A DNA stretch of 64,000 bases. Source: Acidobacteriota bacterium. Lineage in GTDB: Bacteria; Acidobacteriota; UBA6911; RPQK01; G965218465. Shown here in pieces: positions 36,306-44,491 of this stretch; within the stretch, counting starts at the first letter, position 1, and every line of letters starts with the position of its first letter. The DNA lies in assembly GCA_965218465.1 (NCBI GenBank), contig OZ244623.1, positions 3,032,237 through 3,096,236 on the forward strand, written 5' to 3'. Under the pieces are notes generated by a model. That model was not told the origin of the DNA. It worked only from the letters and a program-made list of their open reading frames with translations, and searched no databases. A program made the translations under genes and the position numbers.

Positions 36306-37001
36306 ATGGAAATTGGTTTTATGGCAATGTGGGATCAGATGGGCTTGCTAGCCAAGCTAGTGGTCGTCGTTTTGTTGATTCAGTCCGTCTGGTCGATCGC
36401 GGTGATGGTCGAGCGCTTTTTGACTTATCGTGCCGCTCGTAATCAGTCTAGAGACTTTGCTCCGGCAGTGGCCGAAGCGCTTCAGCAGCACAATTTGAGC
36501 GGGGCGCTGAGCGAAGCTTTGGAGATTTCCGAACAGTACAAGAAAAGCCACTTGGCAAGAGTATTGGCCGCCGGCCTGCAGGAATTCCAGGCGCATCAGG
36601 GTTCCTCAGACATACCCGGGGAAATGGTTGAGGCATCCAGGCGGGCGCTGCAACGGGCTGTTGCGGTTGGCATAGAGGATTTCAGGAAAGGATTAAGTGG
36701 ATTGGCCACCATCGGGAGCACCGCTCCCTTTGTGGGTCTTTTCGGGACCACGGTTGGAATCATCAACGCCTTTGCAGGAATGAGCCAAGCGGAAGATACC
36801 GGTTTGGCCGCCGTGGCCGGTGGCATCTCAGAAGCCCTGGTGGCCACGGCTTTCGGACTGTTCGTGGCGGTTCCCGCAGTATGGATGTATAACTACTTCA
36901 CCACCAAGATCGAATCGTTTGTGGTGGAGATGGATAATTCCTCCTCGGAATTGCTCGATTACTTTTTGAAGCGAAGAGGTGGCAACGATGGCAATGGCTA
37001 G
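36306..37001 (+). CDS. exbB: MotA/TolQ/ExbB proton channel protein
   Basis: LATIGSTAPFVGLFGT, GISEALVATAFGLFVAVPA. Confidence 0.9.
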   Translation: MEIGFMAMWDQMGLLAKLVVVVLLIQSVWSIAVMVERFLTYRAARNQSRDFAPAVAEALQQHNLSGALSEALEISEQYKKSHLARVLAAGLQEFQAHQGSSDIPGEMVEASRRALQRAVAVGIEDFRKGLSGLATIGSTAPFVGLFGTTVGIINAFAGMSQAEDTGLAAVAGGISEALVATAFGLFVAVPAVWMYNYFTTKIESFVVEMDNSSSELLDYFLKRRGGNDGNG

Positions 37002-37422
37002 GGGCGGACTCGAAACGGGAGTGACTTCCGACATCAATGTCACTCCCATGGCCGATATCATGCTGGTGCTTCTGATCATCTTCATGATCACAACGCCACT
37101 CCTGACCGATCCACTCTTCATCAATAAACCCAAGGCCGTCAACGCCCAGGAAGCTCCTGAAGTTGAGGGCAAGGAAGCGACTACGGTCGCCATCGATCGC
37201 ATGCAGCAGGTTTACATCAACAGAGAGCCGGTTCCCCTCGAGCAAGTGGTCGAGCGGCTGGCCGAGCGAGCGGCTCTGGCTCCTGAAAAACCTTTGTTTA
37301 TCAAGAGCGATGTGGCTGTCCCTTACGGGACCGTCGTCGACATAATTAACAAAGCCCGGGACGCTGAAATTGAGCGGATCGGGTTGCTGGTCGATCGAAT
37401 ACGAATAAGAGAGGGAGGATGA
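36988..37422 (+). CDS. exbD: ExbD/TolR family protein (first paralogue)
   Basis: DINVTPMADIMLVLLIIFM, IKSDVAVPYG. Confidence 0.9.
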   Translation: MAMARGGLETGVTSDINVTPMADIMLVLLIIFMITTPLLTDPLFINKPKAVNAQEAPEVEGKEATTVAIDRMQQVYINREPVPLEQVVERLAERAALAPEKPLFIKSDVAVPYGTVVDIINKARDAEIERIGLLVDRIRIREGG

Positions 37423-37428
37423 ACGGCC

Positions 37429-37848
37429 ATGGCCATGACTACCGCCAGCAAAGGCCCCAATTCAGATATCAATGTTACCCCTTACATAGACATCCTGTTG
37501 GTTCTGTTGATCATCTTCATGGTCATCCAACCGACCACCCAGTACGATTTGGAAGCGCGGGTGCCGAACCGGCCTCCTGAAGATATGCCCGAGAACGTGA
37601 TTGTCCAGTCGGATTCTATCGTGGTCGCCATGTCTCAAGACGGCGGGCTGCGAATCAATCAGGATCCGGTTACTTTGGCGGAGTTGGGTGCACGACTTTT
37701 TGACGTCTTCAGCGCCCGAGCCAACAAGAACATGTTCATCCAAGGCGACGGGGATTTGCCGTTTGGTGACGTAGTCAAAGTCATCGATGTCGCTAAGGGG
37801 GCAGGTGTCGGTGATATTGGTTTGATGACTGCCGACGTCGGCTACTGA
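37429..37848 (+). CDS. exbD: ExbD/TolR family protein (second paralogue)
   Basis: DINVTPYIDILLVLLIIFM, IQGDGDLPFG. Confidence 0.9.
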   Translation: MAMTTASKGPNSDINVTPYIDILLVLLIIFMVIQPTTQYDLEARVPNRPPEDMPENVIVQSDSIVVAMSQDGGLRINQDPVTLAELGARLFDVFSARANKNMFIQGDGDLPFGDVVKVIDVAKGAGVGDIGLMTADVGY

Positions 37849-37899
37849 TAATCAAAATTGTCCGGAGCCTCAAACGGAGGGTTCCCGAGGGAGCGAGAA

Positions 37900-38694
37900 A
37901 TGAGTGGGCGGATCAGACGCATTTCTTTGATGGTTGCTCTTTGGCTGGTGGCGGCTACACTTCCCGCTTGTGGGGTGATCAGCTATTTCCAGGCCCGAGA
38001 TCACCTCAACGAGGGAGTCAAGGCATACCATTCACAGAAGCACGAGGAAGCGACCGAGCATTTCAGGCAGGCCTACGATTTAGACCCGGAACTGAGCATA
38101 GCTTTGCTTTATTTGGCTACTAATTACCGGGCCCAGTGGGTTCCCGGCCTTCCTGGCGAAGAAAATGACCGGTTGGCCGAGCTAGCCATCCAGACCTTTG
38201 AGGAGGTTCTCGAGGTCGAGCCCGAGAACATCAATGCGCTGGCCAGCCTTGCCCTGATCTATGATGGTTTGGATGATCCGGAAGAGGCCAAGAAATGGTA
38301 TCTCAAGCGGATCGAAGTGCAACCAGACAACGCTGAACCCTATTATGGAATTGGCACCATCGATTGGAAACAGGTGCACGATGAGACCGGCGATGCCGGT
38401 AGTAATGTGGAGAATCTGGAAGAGGAATCGTTGGCGGAACTCTCTCGGCTAATCGACCAGGGTGTCGAATCACTCAGTACAGCGCTTGAGTTGAATCCCG
38501 AATACTCGGAAGCAATGCAATACCTCAACTTGCTCTACCGGGAGCGTGCCTATCTCTCCAGCGACGAGGAAGAGAAACGCAGATGGGAGCGGGAAGCCGA
38601 CAAGCTGGCCCTGCAAGCGCTCGAAATCAAGCGCCGGCAAGAAGAGGAAGCTGAACGGCAGCGACGTTCATTCGCTCAAGAAGCAGCACAATGA
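37900..38694 (+). CDS. Tetratricopeptide-repeat lipoprotein
   Basis: Lipobox-like LPA-C; TPR-like helical repeats (A..LDPE, LEVEPEN, LELNPEY). Confidence 0.8.
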   Translation: MSGRIRRISLMVALWLVAATLPACGVISYFQARDHLNEGVKAYHSQKHEEATEHFRQAYDLDPELSIALLYLATNYRAQWVPGLPGEENDRLAELAIQTFEEVLEVEPENINALASLALIYDGLDDPEEAKKWYLKRIEVQPDNAEPYYGIGTIDWKQVHDETGDAGSNVENLEEESLAELSRLIDQGVESLSTALELNPEYSEAMQYLNLLYRERAYLSSDEEEKRRWEREADKLALQALEIKRRQEEEAERQRRSFAQEAAQ

Positions 38695-38729
38695 ACTAAG
38701 GGTGGAATCCACCTCTGGGCTCTTGAAAG

Positions 38730-38765
38730 GGCAAGAAGACCGACTCAGTCTTCTTGCCTTTTTTT
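38730..38765 (+). terminator. Rho-independent terminator after the TPR gene
   Basis: GGCAAGAAGAC-N7-GTCTTCTTGCC perfect 11-bp stem followed by T7. Confidence 0.85.
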
Positions 38766-39057
38766 GTGCGCGCCGGCCACAGGCGGCAAGGATTCCTCCT
38801 TGTCTTTGCCTCTATCTCCCCTTTCTGTTCCCGAGAGCGAGAACTTCAGGCACAACTCTCCCACAGCGCCCGGTTTTTCCAGCGGTTCTTGTTCCGGGCA
38901 TCGACAGCTGACTCCGGAAATGACAATGCGATGGTAGAATCAACCGATCTCAGGCGATCCTCAAACGGTCCAAAGCCGGATTTCCGGCATCGCACCGCCT
39001 TGTCGTCAGCGGCCGTTTCTTTTGCCAAACCGGATCTCCCTGTGCTAGGCTAACGAA

Positions 39058-39393
39058 ATGTCTCACGATCTGACGCGCAGGGGCGTCGCGTTGTTTCTAG
39101 CCCTTGTGCTGCTGACTTTCGGCGGAGCGAGATCGGTTGAGATTCTCCATCCCCTCGAGGAGGCCCTCCAGGACCCCCATCAACAGCACCCGGAGGAAGT
39201 GCTGGAGAGGTCTTTCGTCCACGAGGCTCATTTCTGCGCTCATCTTCAGAAGCTGGAGTTGCCGCGGATCGAGTTGGATGCGTTTCCCCTAGGCATATCC
39301 CCTGCTCCCATGATTGAACTGGTGGTTGGCCACCAGTCCCTTCTTGTTTCCTCAATCCGCAGTCGCGGTCCTCCTCAGCTCGCCAGATCCTGA
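39058..39393 (+). CDS. Putative ribosome-arrest leader peptide (DUF2946/CruR-like layout, His-rich, C-terminal RGPP)
   Basis: N-terminal signal/TM (TRRGVALFLALVLLTFGGA), HQQH and HEAHFCAH, ends IRSRGPPQLARS, 76 nt upstream of a TBDR gene. Confidence 0.65.
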   Translation: MSHDLTRRGVALFLALVLLTFGGARSVEILHPLEEALQDPHQQHPEEVLERSFVHEAHFCAHLQKLELPRIELDAFPLGISPAPMIELVVGHQSLLVSSIRSRGPPQLARS

Positions 39394-39464
39394 TTTTCTG
39401 GATAGAGAACGGATAGGCTCACCAGGAGTCTTCCATTCTTCATAGCGAGCGACATACGGAGGAC
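39368..39464 (+). promoter_or_regulatory. Predicted SD-sequestering structure linking the RGPP codons to the TBDR RBS
   Basis: GTCCTCC (39368-39374) pairs with GGAGGAC (39458-39464); nested GCTCGC (39378-39383) pairs with GCGAGC (39445-39450). Confidence 0.6.
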
Positions 39465-39469
39465 AACTT

Positions 39470-41884
39470 ATGTTTCGATCGACTAGAAAGCAGTGGGCCT
39501 TTCTCTGGTTTGGAGTCATGTGCCTGCTAATGGTTTTGGTAAAGGCCCAATCTGGAGGCGTAGTGGAAGGAACCACCAGGCTGGACCGGACCGGTGAGCC
39601 AATTCATGGTGTTGCTGTCTTGATCGTCCAGCTCGGGCTGACAGTAGAGGCCGATACTTCCGGTCATTTCCGGTTTGAGAACGTGCCGGCCGGAAACTAT
39701 GACATTCTGGCCCAAAGTGGGGTGCTCAGCACCCCTACCCAACTCATTGAGGTGCGTCCGGACGAGGTCACCACTGTCGACTTTTCTCTCAAACTGGAAC
39801 CGATTCGACACGAGATTACCGTGACGGCCCGGGGGCAAGAGGAGACGGCTTTTGAAGCTGTGCAGTCGGTCACCACGCTCGATTCTTTTGACTTGGCCCA
39901 GAAGATGTCATCTTCGCTGGGCGACGTACTTGACGACGAGCCGGGGGTCTCCAAGCGGAGTTTCGGCCCCGGTAGCACCCGGCCGGTCATCCGGGGGTTT
40001 GACGGCGACCGCGTTTTGGTCATGCAGGACGGCATTCGAGTCGGCTCATTGGCTTCGCAATCAGGTGACCATGGAGAGCCGCTGGATTCGGCTGGCGTGG
40101 AGCGGGTCGAGATCATCAAAGGTCCGGCCACGCTGCTTTATGGCAGCAACGCTATCGGAGGCGTAGTCAATGCTGTCAGCGGGCATAACGAGGCGCACCA
40201 GCGTCCCCACCAGGGTTTGACCGGCCAGTTCACCACTGGAGCCGGCGCCAACGACGGCTATGGTGCAGCCAGCATAAAGGCCGAATATGGTAATCGGGGC
40301 TGGTTTTTTTGGGCTGGAGGCGGCGGTCGACGCAGCGGCGATTATACAACCCCGATCGGCTTGGTAGACAACTCCAAGAGTCGAATGACCAACGTTTCGG
40401 CCGGCCTGGGTTACTTCGGGAACAAAGCCTACCTCAGCTTTGGAACCACTATTAACGACGGTCTCTATGGAATCCCTGGAGCTGAAGATTCTCACGGGCT
40501 GCACGGACACGAAGACGAGGATGAGCATCACGACGAAGACGAGGATGAGCATCACGACGAAGAAGACGAGCATGGTCATGGGGAAGAGGAGCTGGAGGCA
40601 ATCGATATCGATTTCCGGCGCACCAATTATCGCTTCCGCGCCGGTTTGCAGAATCTGAACCGAGGCATGCAGGGCTTTGACTTCTCCCTCAACTATTCCG
40701 ACTGGAACCACAATGAGCTCGAGCTTTTCGCAAGTGGAGAGCAACTGCTAGCCACTCGATTCGACAACCGGCAGTGGGTCTACCGCGGAGTTTTCGAACA
40801 GCAAAGAATCGGAAACCTCGGAGGAAGATTTGGTTTCTGGGGCCGGGTGCGGAATTATGAGGTGGTGGGCGAGGAATCACTTTCGCCTCCCGTCGACCAG
40901 CAAGCCTTCGCCCTATTTGCTCTGGAGGAGCTCGATTTCGAAAGCGTCAAGCTGCAGTTTGGAGCTCGTGTCGAGTTCAACGACTACGAAGTGAAGGGAC
41001 TCCAGTTGCGAGAACACCTCCACGAGGAAGAAGAGGAACACGAACACGAGGAAGAGGAACACGATGAGGAAGAGGAACACGATGAGGAAGAAGAGGTAGA
41101 GGCGATTCAGCTTCCGAGGCGGGACTTCATGGCCTTTTCGGCTGGAATCGGCGCCCGCTTCGATATTGGAACCCACGGCGCCTTTATTGCCAACTTCACT
41201 TCTTCGCAACGGGCCCCGGCTTTGGAGGAGCTCTACAACTTCGGACCCCACGTCGGAAATCTCGCCTTCGAGGTCGGGAATCCCTATCTGGAGCCTGAAC
41301 GCAGCAACGGACTCGACTTCTCCTTTCGGCACCACCATGAGCGCTTGCACGTCAACGCCAGTTTCTTCTACTACGACATCGACAACTTCATCTTCCTGCA
41401 ATCTTCCGGAGAGGTAGTTGACGGTTTACTGGAAGGGCAGTTCGAACAAGGCGACAGCCGCTTCGTAGGAGCGGAGTTCCGCTTCGACAGCAGTCTCCAT
41501 GAGAATTTGTGGCTCAACCTGGGTTTGGATCTCGTGGACGCCGAGCTCACCCAGCTCGGTCAACCTCTACCCCGCATTCCACCCATCAAGGGACGGATCG
41601 GACTGGATTTTCGGCATCGCGGTTTCAGCTTTCGGCCGCAACTCGTGATGGCCGGCCGACAGGACAGCGTTGTTGCTCCGGTGGAGACGCCCACGGCAGG
41701 CTACGCGGTGCTCGATTTGAAGGCCTCGTACACGATTCCGGCGCAGCACTTTCTGCACCAGTTCGCGGTCAACGTCTACAATGTCGGGGACCGGCTTTAT
41801 CGAAACCATCTCTCGTTTATCAAAGAGTTGGCTCCCGAGATCGGTCGGGGAATTCGCGTTTCCTATACCGTCAAGTTCTTTTGA
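39470..41884 (+). CDS. TonB-dependent receptor, ZnuD-like with His/acid-rich loops (divalent-metal uptake)
   Basis: Signal peptide, carboxypeptidase-regulatory-like N-domain, plug (RPVIRGFDGDRV, GDH, VEIIKGPATLLYG), His/Glu/Asp tracts, RAPALEELY..GPH, C-terminal Phe. Confidence 0.9.
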   Translation: MFRSTRKQWAFLWFGVMCLLMVLVKAQSGGVVEGTTRLDRTGEPIHGVAVLIVQLGLTVEADTSGHFRFENVPAGNYDILAQSGVLSTPTQLIEVRPDEVTTVDFSLKLEPIRHEITVTARGQEETAFEAVQSVTTLDSFDLAQKMSSSLGDVLDDEPGVSKRSFGPGSTRPVIRGFDGDRVLVMQDGIRVGSLASQSGDHGEPLDSAGVERVEIIKGPATLLYGSNAIGGVVNAVSGHNEAHQRPHQGLTGQFTTGAGANDGYGAASIKAEYGNRGWFFWAGGGGRRSGDYTTPIGLVDNSKSRMTNVSAGLGYFGNKAYLSFGTTINDGLYGIPGAEDSHGLHGHEDEDEHHDEDEDEHHDEEDEHGHGEEELEAIDIDFRRTNYRFRAGLQNLNRGMQGFDFSLNYSDWNHNELELFASGEQLLATRFDNRQWVYRGVFEQQRIGNLGGRFGFWGRVRNYEVVGEESLSPPVDQQAFALFALEELDFESVKLQFGARVEFNDYEVKGLQLREHLHEEEEEHEHEEEEHDEEEEHDEEEEVEAIQLPRRDFMAFSAGIGARFDIGTHGAFIANFTSSQRAPALEELYNFGPHVGNLAFEVGNPYLEPERSNGLDFSFRHHHERLHVNASFFYYDIDNFIFLQSSGEVVDGLLEGQFEQGDSRFVGAEFRFDSSLHENLWLNLGLDLVDAELTQLGQPLPRIPPIKGRIGLDFRHRGFSFRPQLVMAGRQDSVVAPVETPTAGYAVLDLKASYTIPAQHFLHQFAVNVYNVGDRLYRNHLSFIKELAPEIGRGIRVSYTVKFF
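40510..40557 (+). repeat. 24-bp tandem repeat x2 encoding EDEDEHHD
   Basis: CGAAGACGAGGATGAGCATCACGA occurs twice in tandem. Confidence 0.85.
41021..41096 (+). repeat. Low-complexity His/Glu coding repeats with an 18-bp unit (GAGGAAGAGGAACACGAT)
   Basis: Encodes HEEEEEHEHEEEEHDEEEEHDEEEE. Confidence 0.8.
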
Positions 41885-41897
41885 TGAGGCGCTCAAC

Positions 41898-41927
41898 GAA
41901 GCCGACTCTCCAACGGGGGTCGGCTTC
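41898..41927. terminator. Hairpin between the convergent TBDR and porin genes
   Basis: GAAGCCGAC...GTCGGCTTC 9-bp stem extended by G-U pairs; no clear U-tract. Confidence 0.45.
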
Positions 41928-42276
41928 AAAAGCGGACCAGGAAGATTCCGCCAGGATTCGGCTGCAGAACCGGGAAAGCACCTTATTTTGACCACTAGAT
42001 CGCGGCCCCATCCCCCCGCGCTCGGGAACCTCGCCTGAGCCTTTTCTCAGAGGTGCGGGATGCTCGATTCTTACGGATCTTGCAGTCTAGATTTGACGGC
42101 GTGGTTGGCCCGCTACACCGATTTCCAACGCGCGGAATAATTCATCGCTGTTTCCGGTGGCGTCGGCCCTGTCAGCTTGTGTTGAAACGGCTCAAACCCC
42201 GAGGGGCAGCCGGCTATCCCCAATCTTTCTTGCACGTAATTCCCGAGAGAATCACCGCTGCTTATCAATCGCCCGG

Positions 42277-43629
42277 TCAGAATTTATACGCTGCAACCAA
42301 GTAGGTGAAGGTGTTTCCGTGCCCCGGCGAGTTAGCCTTGAGAAAAGGCCCGGGGAACATGTACCCTACGCCGCCGCCCAGGCTAAGGGTTTGCGATACG
42401 GGTACCGTGAACACAGCGTTGACCTCGTCTCCGACCTTCGAATCTGTTGCTCCGCCGGGAGGCGGTGCGACGGACAAGCGCCCGCCCACGTTGTAGAGGG
42501 CGTCACCTGTAGTAGCTAGCCAGAACGAGTGGAAGTCGAATTGCAGGCCGAGCTTCCTGTGGGGCTTGAACTCCGTCCCAAATCGGATATTTTTTAGATT
42601 GCGCCACCCGACAAGGTCGTTGTAGCCGTACCAACGGTGCGCGGTGGGATACACATCCACGAAGCCGCCGATCCGACCATCCCCAGGATCCTCGTCACCC
42701 GAACCAAAATTGTAGTGAGCGTAAAATCTCGGGCTCCAACGGGCATCGATGGAATAGCCGAGTTCAGCGTAGTAGGCCCAAGCCCGGATCTCTGCGCCTG
42801 CCACGTCGCCCCATTGTCCAACCAGAGCCACATTGTAATCCCAAGGCCCGAGGCCCTTTGCCCAAGCTCTCAAACCCAGCGTGTACCGGTCGAGATCGCC
42901 GCTCGCGTTCAACTCATTGCTGGCCAAAGGCCTGGTCTGCCAAAGGACATAGGGTTCCAGCGTGGACCCCGGTATCACGTTTTCGATGGCGCCGTAGATT
43001 CCGTGCAAGTTGTTTCCCTCGGCCGACCGGTTGATTCGGCGGTCGGGATCGTTCTGCACCACTTGCGCAGAGAAGACATCGACCTTGAAGCTGTCGCCCC
43101 GCAATTGGAGCTTGACTGCGTCGAAGGCCCGGGAGGTGTTGGCCCAGTCCAAGGCGCCTACGAGGCGCTGGTCGCCGTAAGCCAGCAGTTGGCGCCCCAC
43201 CGTCAGCGCGACGGGAGAGTTGTCGTCGCCGATCTGGGCGTATGCTTGCCGCAGGTCGAACCCATCCCGAAAGGCTCCGATATTGGGTAACCCTTGGCGG
43301 ATGCCCGGAGCACGGGCATCCTGACCCTGAAACCCAAACTTCAGCCACGAGGCGGGCCTGATTGCCACGTCCAAGCGGTTGCGGACTAGACCATATCCAT
43401 CGTCGCTTCCTTTGCGGTAGCCCAAGGCTTGGCGGTCTTCGTAGCGGACGCGGAACTCTCCAAAAATATGGAGCCAACTCGGCAGATCATCACCGATACC
43501 ACGCTGGAGTGTTCCCTGAGGCTTTTTGCTCTCTTGGTCCCGCCCGTCGCCGAAGCCAACCGCCGCCGACAGAACGCAGACTATGCCCACGAGTGCCGCG
43601 CGCTTTACCTGCACAGAGAGACTCCGCAT
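42277..43629 (-). CDS. Alginate-export (AlgE-like) family outer-membrane porin
   Basis: Signal peptide, GEFRVRYE, DLRQAY, VGRQLLAYGDQRLVG.LDW.N.SRAFDA, GSGD, YPTAH, C-terminal YKF. Confidence 0.82.
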   Translation of the reverse strand: MRSLSVQVKRAALVGIVCVLSAAVGFGDGRDQESKKPQGTLQRGIGDDLPSWLHIFGEFRVRYEDRQALGYRKGSDDGYGLVRNRLDVAIRPASWLKFGFQGQDARAPGIRQGLPNIGAFRDGFDLRQAYAQIGDDNSPVALTVGRQLLAYGDQRLVGALDWANTSRAFDAVKLQLRGDSFKVDVFSAQVVQNDPDRRINRSAEGNNLHGIYGAIENVIPGSTLEPYVLWQTRPLASNELNASGDLDRYTLGLRAWAKGLGPWDYNVALVGQWGDVAGAEIRAWAYYAELGYSIDARWSPRFYAHYNFGSGDEDPGDGRIGGFVDVYPTAHRWYGYNDLVGWRNLKNIRFGTEFKPHRKLGLQFDFHSFWLATTGDALYNVGGRLSVAPPPGGATDSKVGDEVNAVFTVPVSQTLSLGGGVGYMFPGPFLKANSPGHGNTFTYLVAAYKF

Positions 43630-43659
43630 GCTCGGTGACCTTCGACCGGTTTTCTTGCT

Positions 43660-43958
43660 GGCTCGGTGCCAAGACGGTTGGGAAGGGGTGCCAAGAACGC
43701 CGGTTCGACCGTGGAACGAGCCGTTATCTCCAAGGTTTGGTGCTCGCTGTGGAGGTTGAGGACCTGCCGCCTGTTACCGAAACAATCCGTTTCTTGGTTC
43801 AGGAAAGCCGGTGGCACTGTTTGGATTTCGAAGTCGAGGAGTCGTTGGCCTCTATCGTTGCCCGGCTTCAGCCAGAGCAACATCGTGCACCGCTGTGCCT
43901 GAAATGCATAGCGGTAGCGGGAAACGTGCTCGATCTCATATCGGACGGCGTTGACCAT
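43660..43958 (-). pseudogene. Truncated transglutaminase-like protein (N-terminal domain only)
   Basis: RYEIEHVSRYRY, LKP, DCFGN, H..LEITARSTVE match Bact_transglu_N; the catalytic core is missing and the ORF runs into the porin start. Confidence 0.75.
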
Positions 43959-43962
43959 GGAA

Positions 43963-44458
43963 TCAGTGTACCGGGGAGTCCTCGATAGGATAATCGATAT
44001 AGGCCAAGATCACCAGATCGTGGAGCTTCAAGCAATTCTCCCTGATCTCCCGGATAAGACCTTCTTGATCCTCTCGATCCGGCCAATCATAGTGGATTAG
44101 AGCACAAAGACGGCTAGCCAGCCGCCGGGCCACAGCGCTGGAATGAGCAATAGGGTCGGGCCCAATGGCGTCGAGTTCCTCGGCCACCGCTTCGAGGGAT
44201 CGGCAGAGCGAACTCGGTAACAGTGGATCCGTGACAAGCAAGTCGAGGACTTGGCTCGGCTGGACTTCGATGCTGTAGTTGCGATTGTAGGCATCAAAAT
44301 GCCTGGCCAAAACGTAAGAGGCTGGTCGAGCCCTGCCCTAAAGATTCCGCATTCGCCGGGCGGTAGCAAGGTGAGCTAGAAATAAGGCGGCAGAGGTGCT
44401 CTGCCCTCTCGAGGTAACGGCCCATCCAATAGAGACCTTGGACGTTGCGTGAAAGCAA
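43963..44458 (-). pseudogene. Alpha-E (DUF403) protein with internal deletion and frameshift
   Basis: TTG at 44458 gives MLSRNVQGLYWMGRYLERAEHL (typical alpha-E start) then a stop; another frame gives the C-terminal half (DAYNRNY, VLDLLVTDPLLPSSLCRSL). Confidence 0.8.
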
Positions 44459-44491
44459 TTTGCCTCTCCCGCTGATCGCGTCCTCCTGTTC

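Noticed and set aside
38910-38942. Possible Fur/Zur box upstream of the RGPP leader (GAAATGACAATGCG)
   Set aside because: No palindromic second half; too weak to call
40500-41100. Short tandem repeats as a possible CRISPR array
   Set aside because: In-frame coding repeats with no unique spacers and no cas genes
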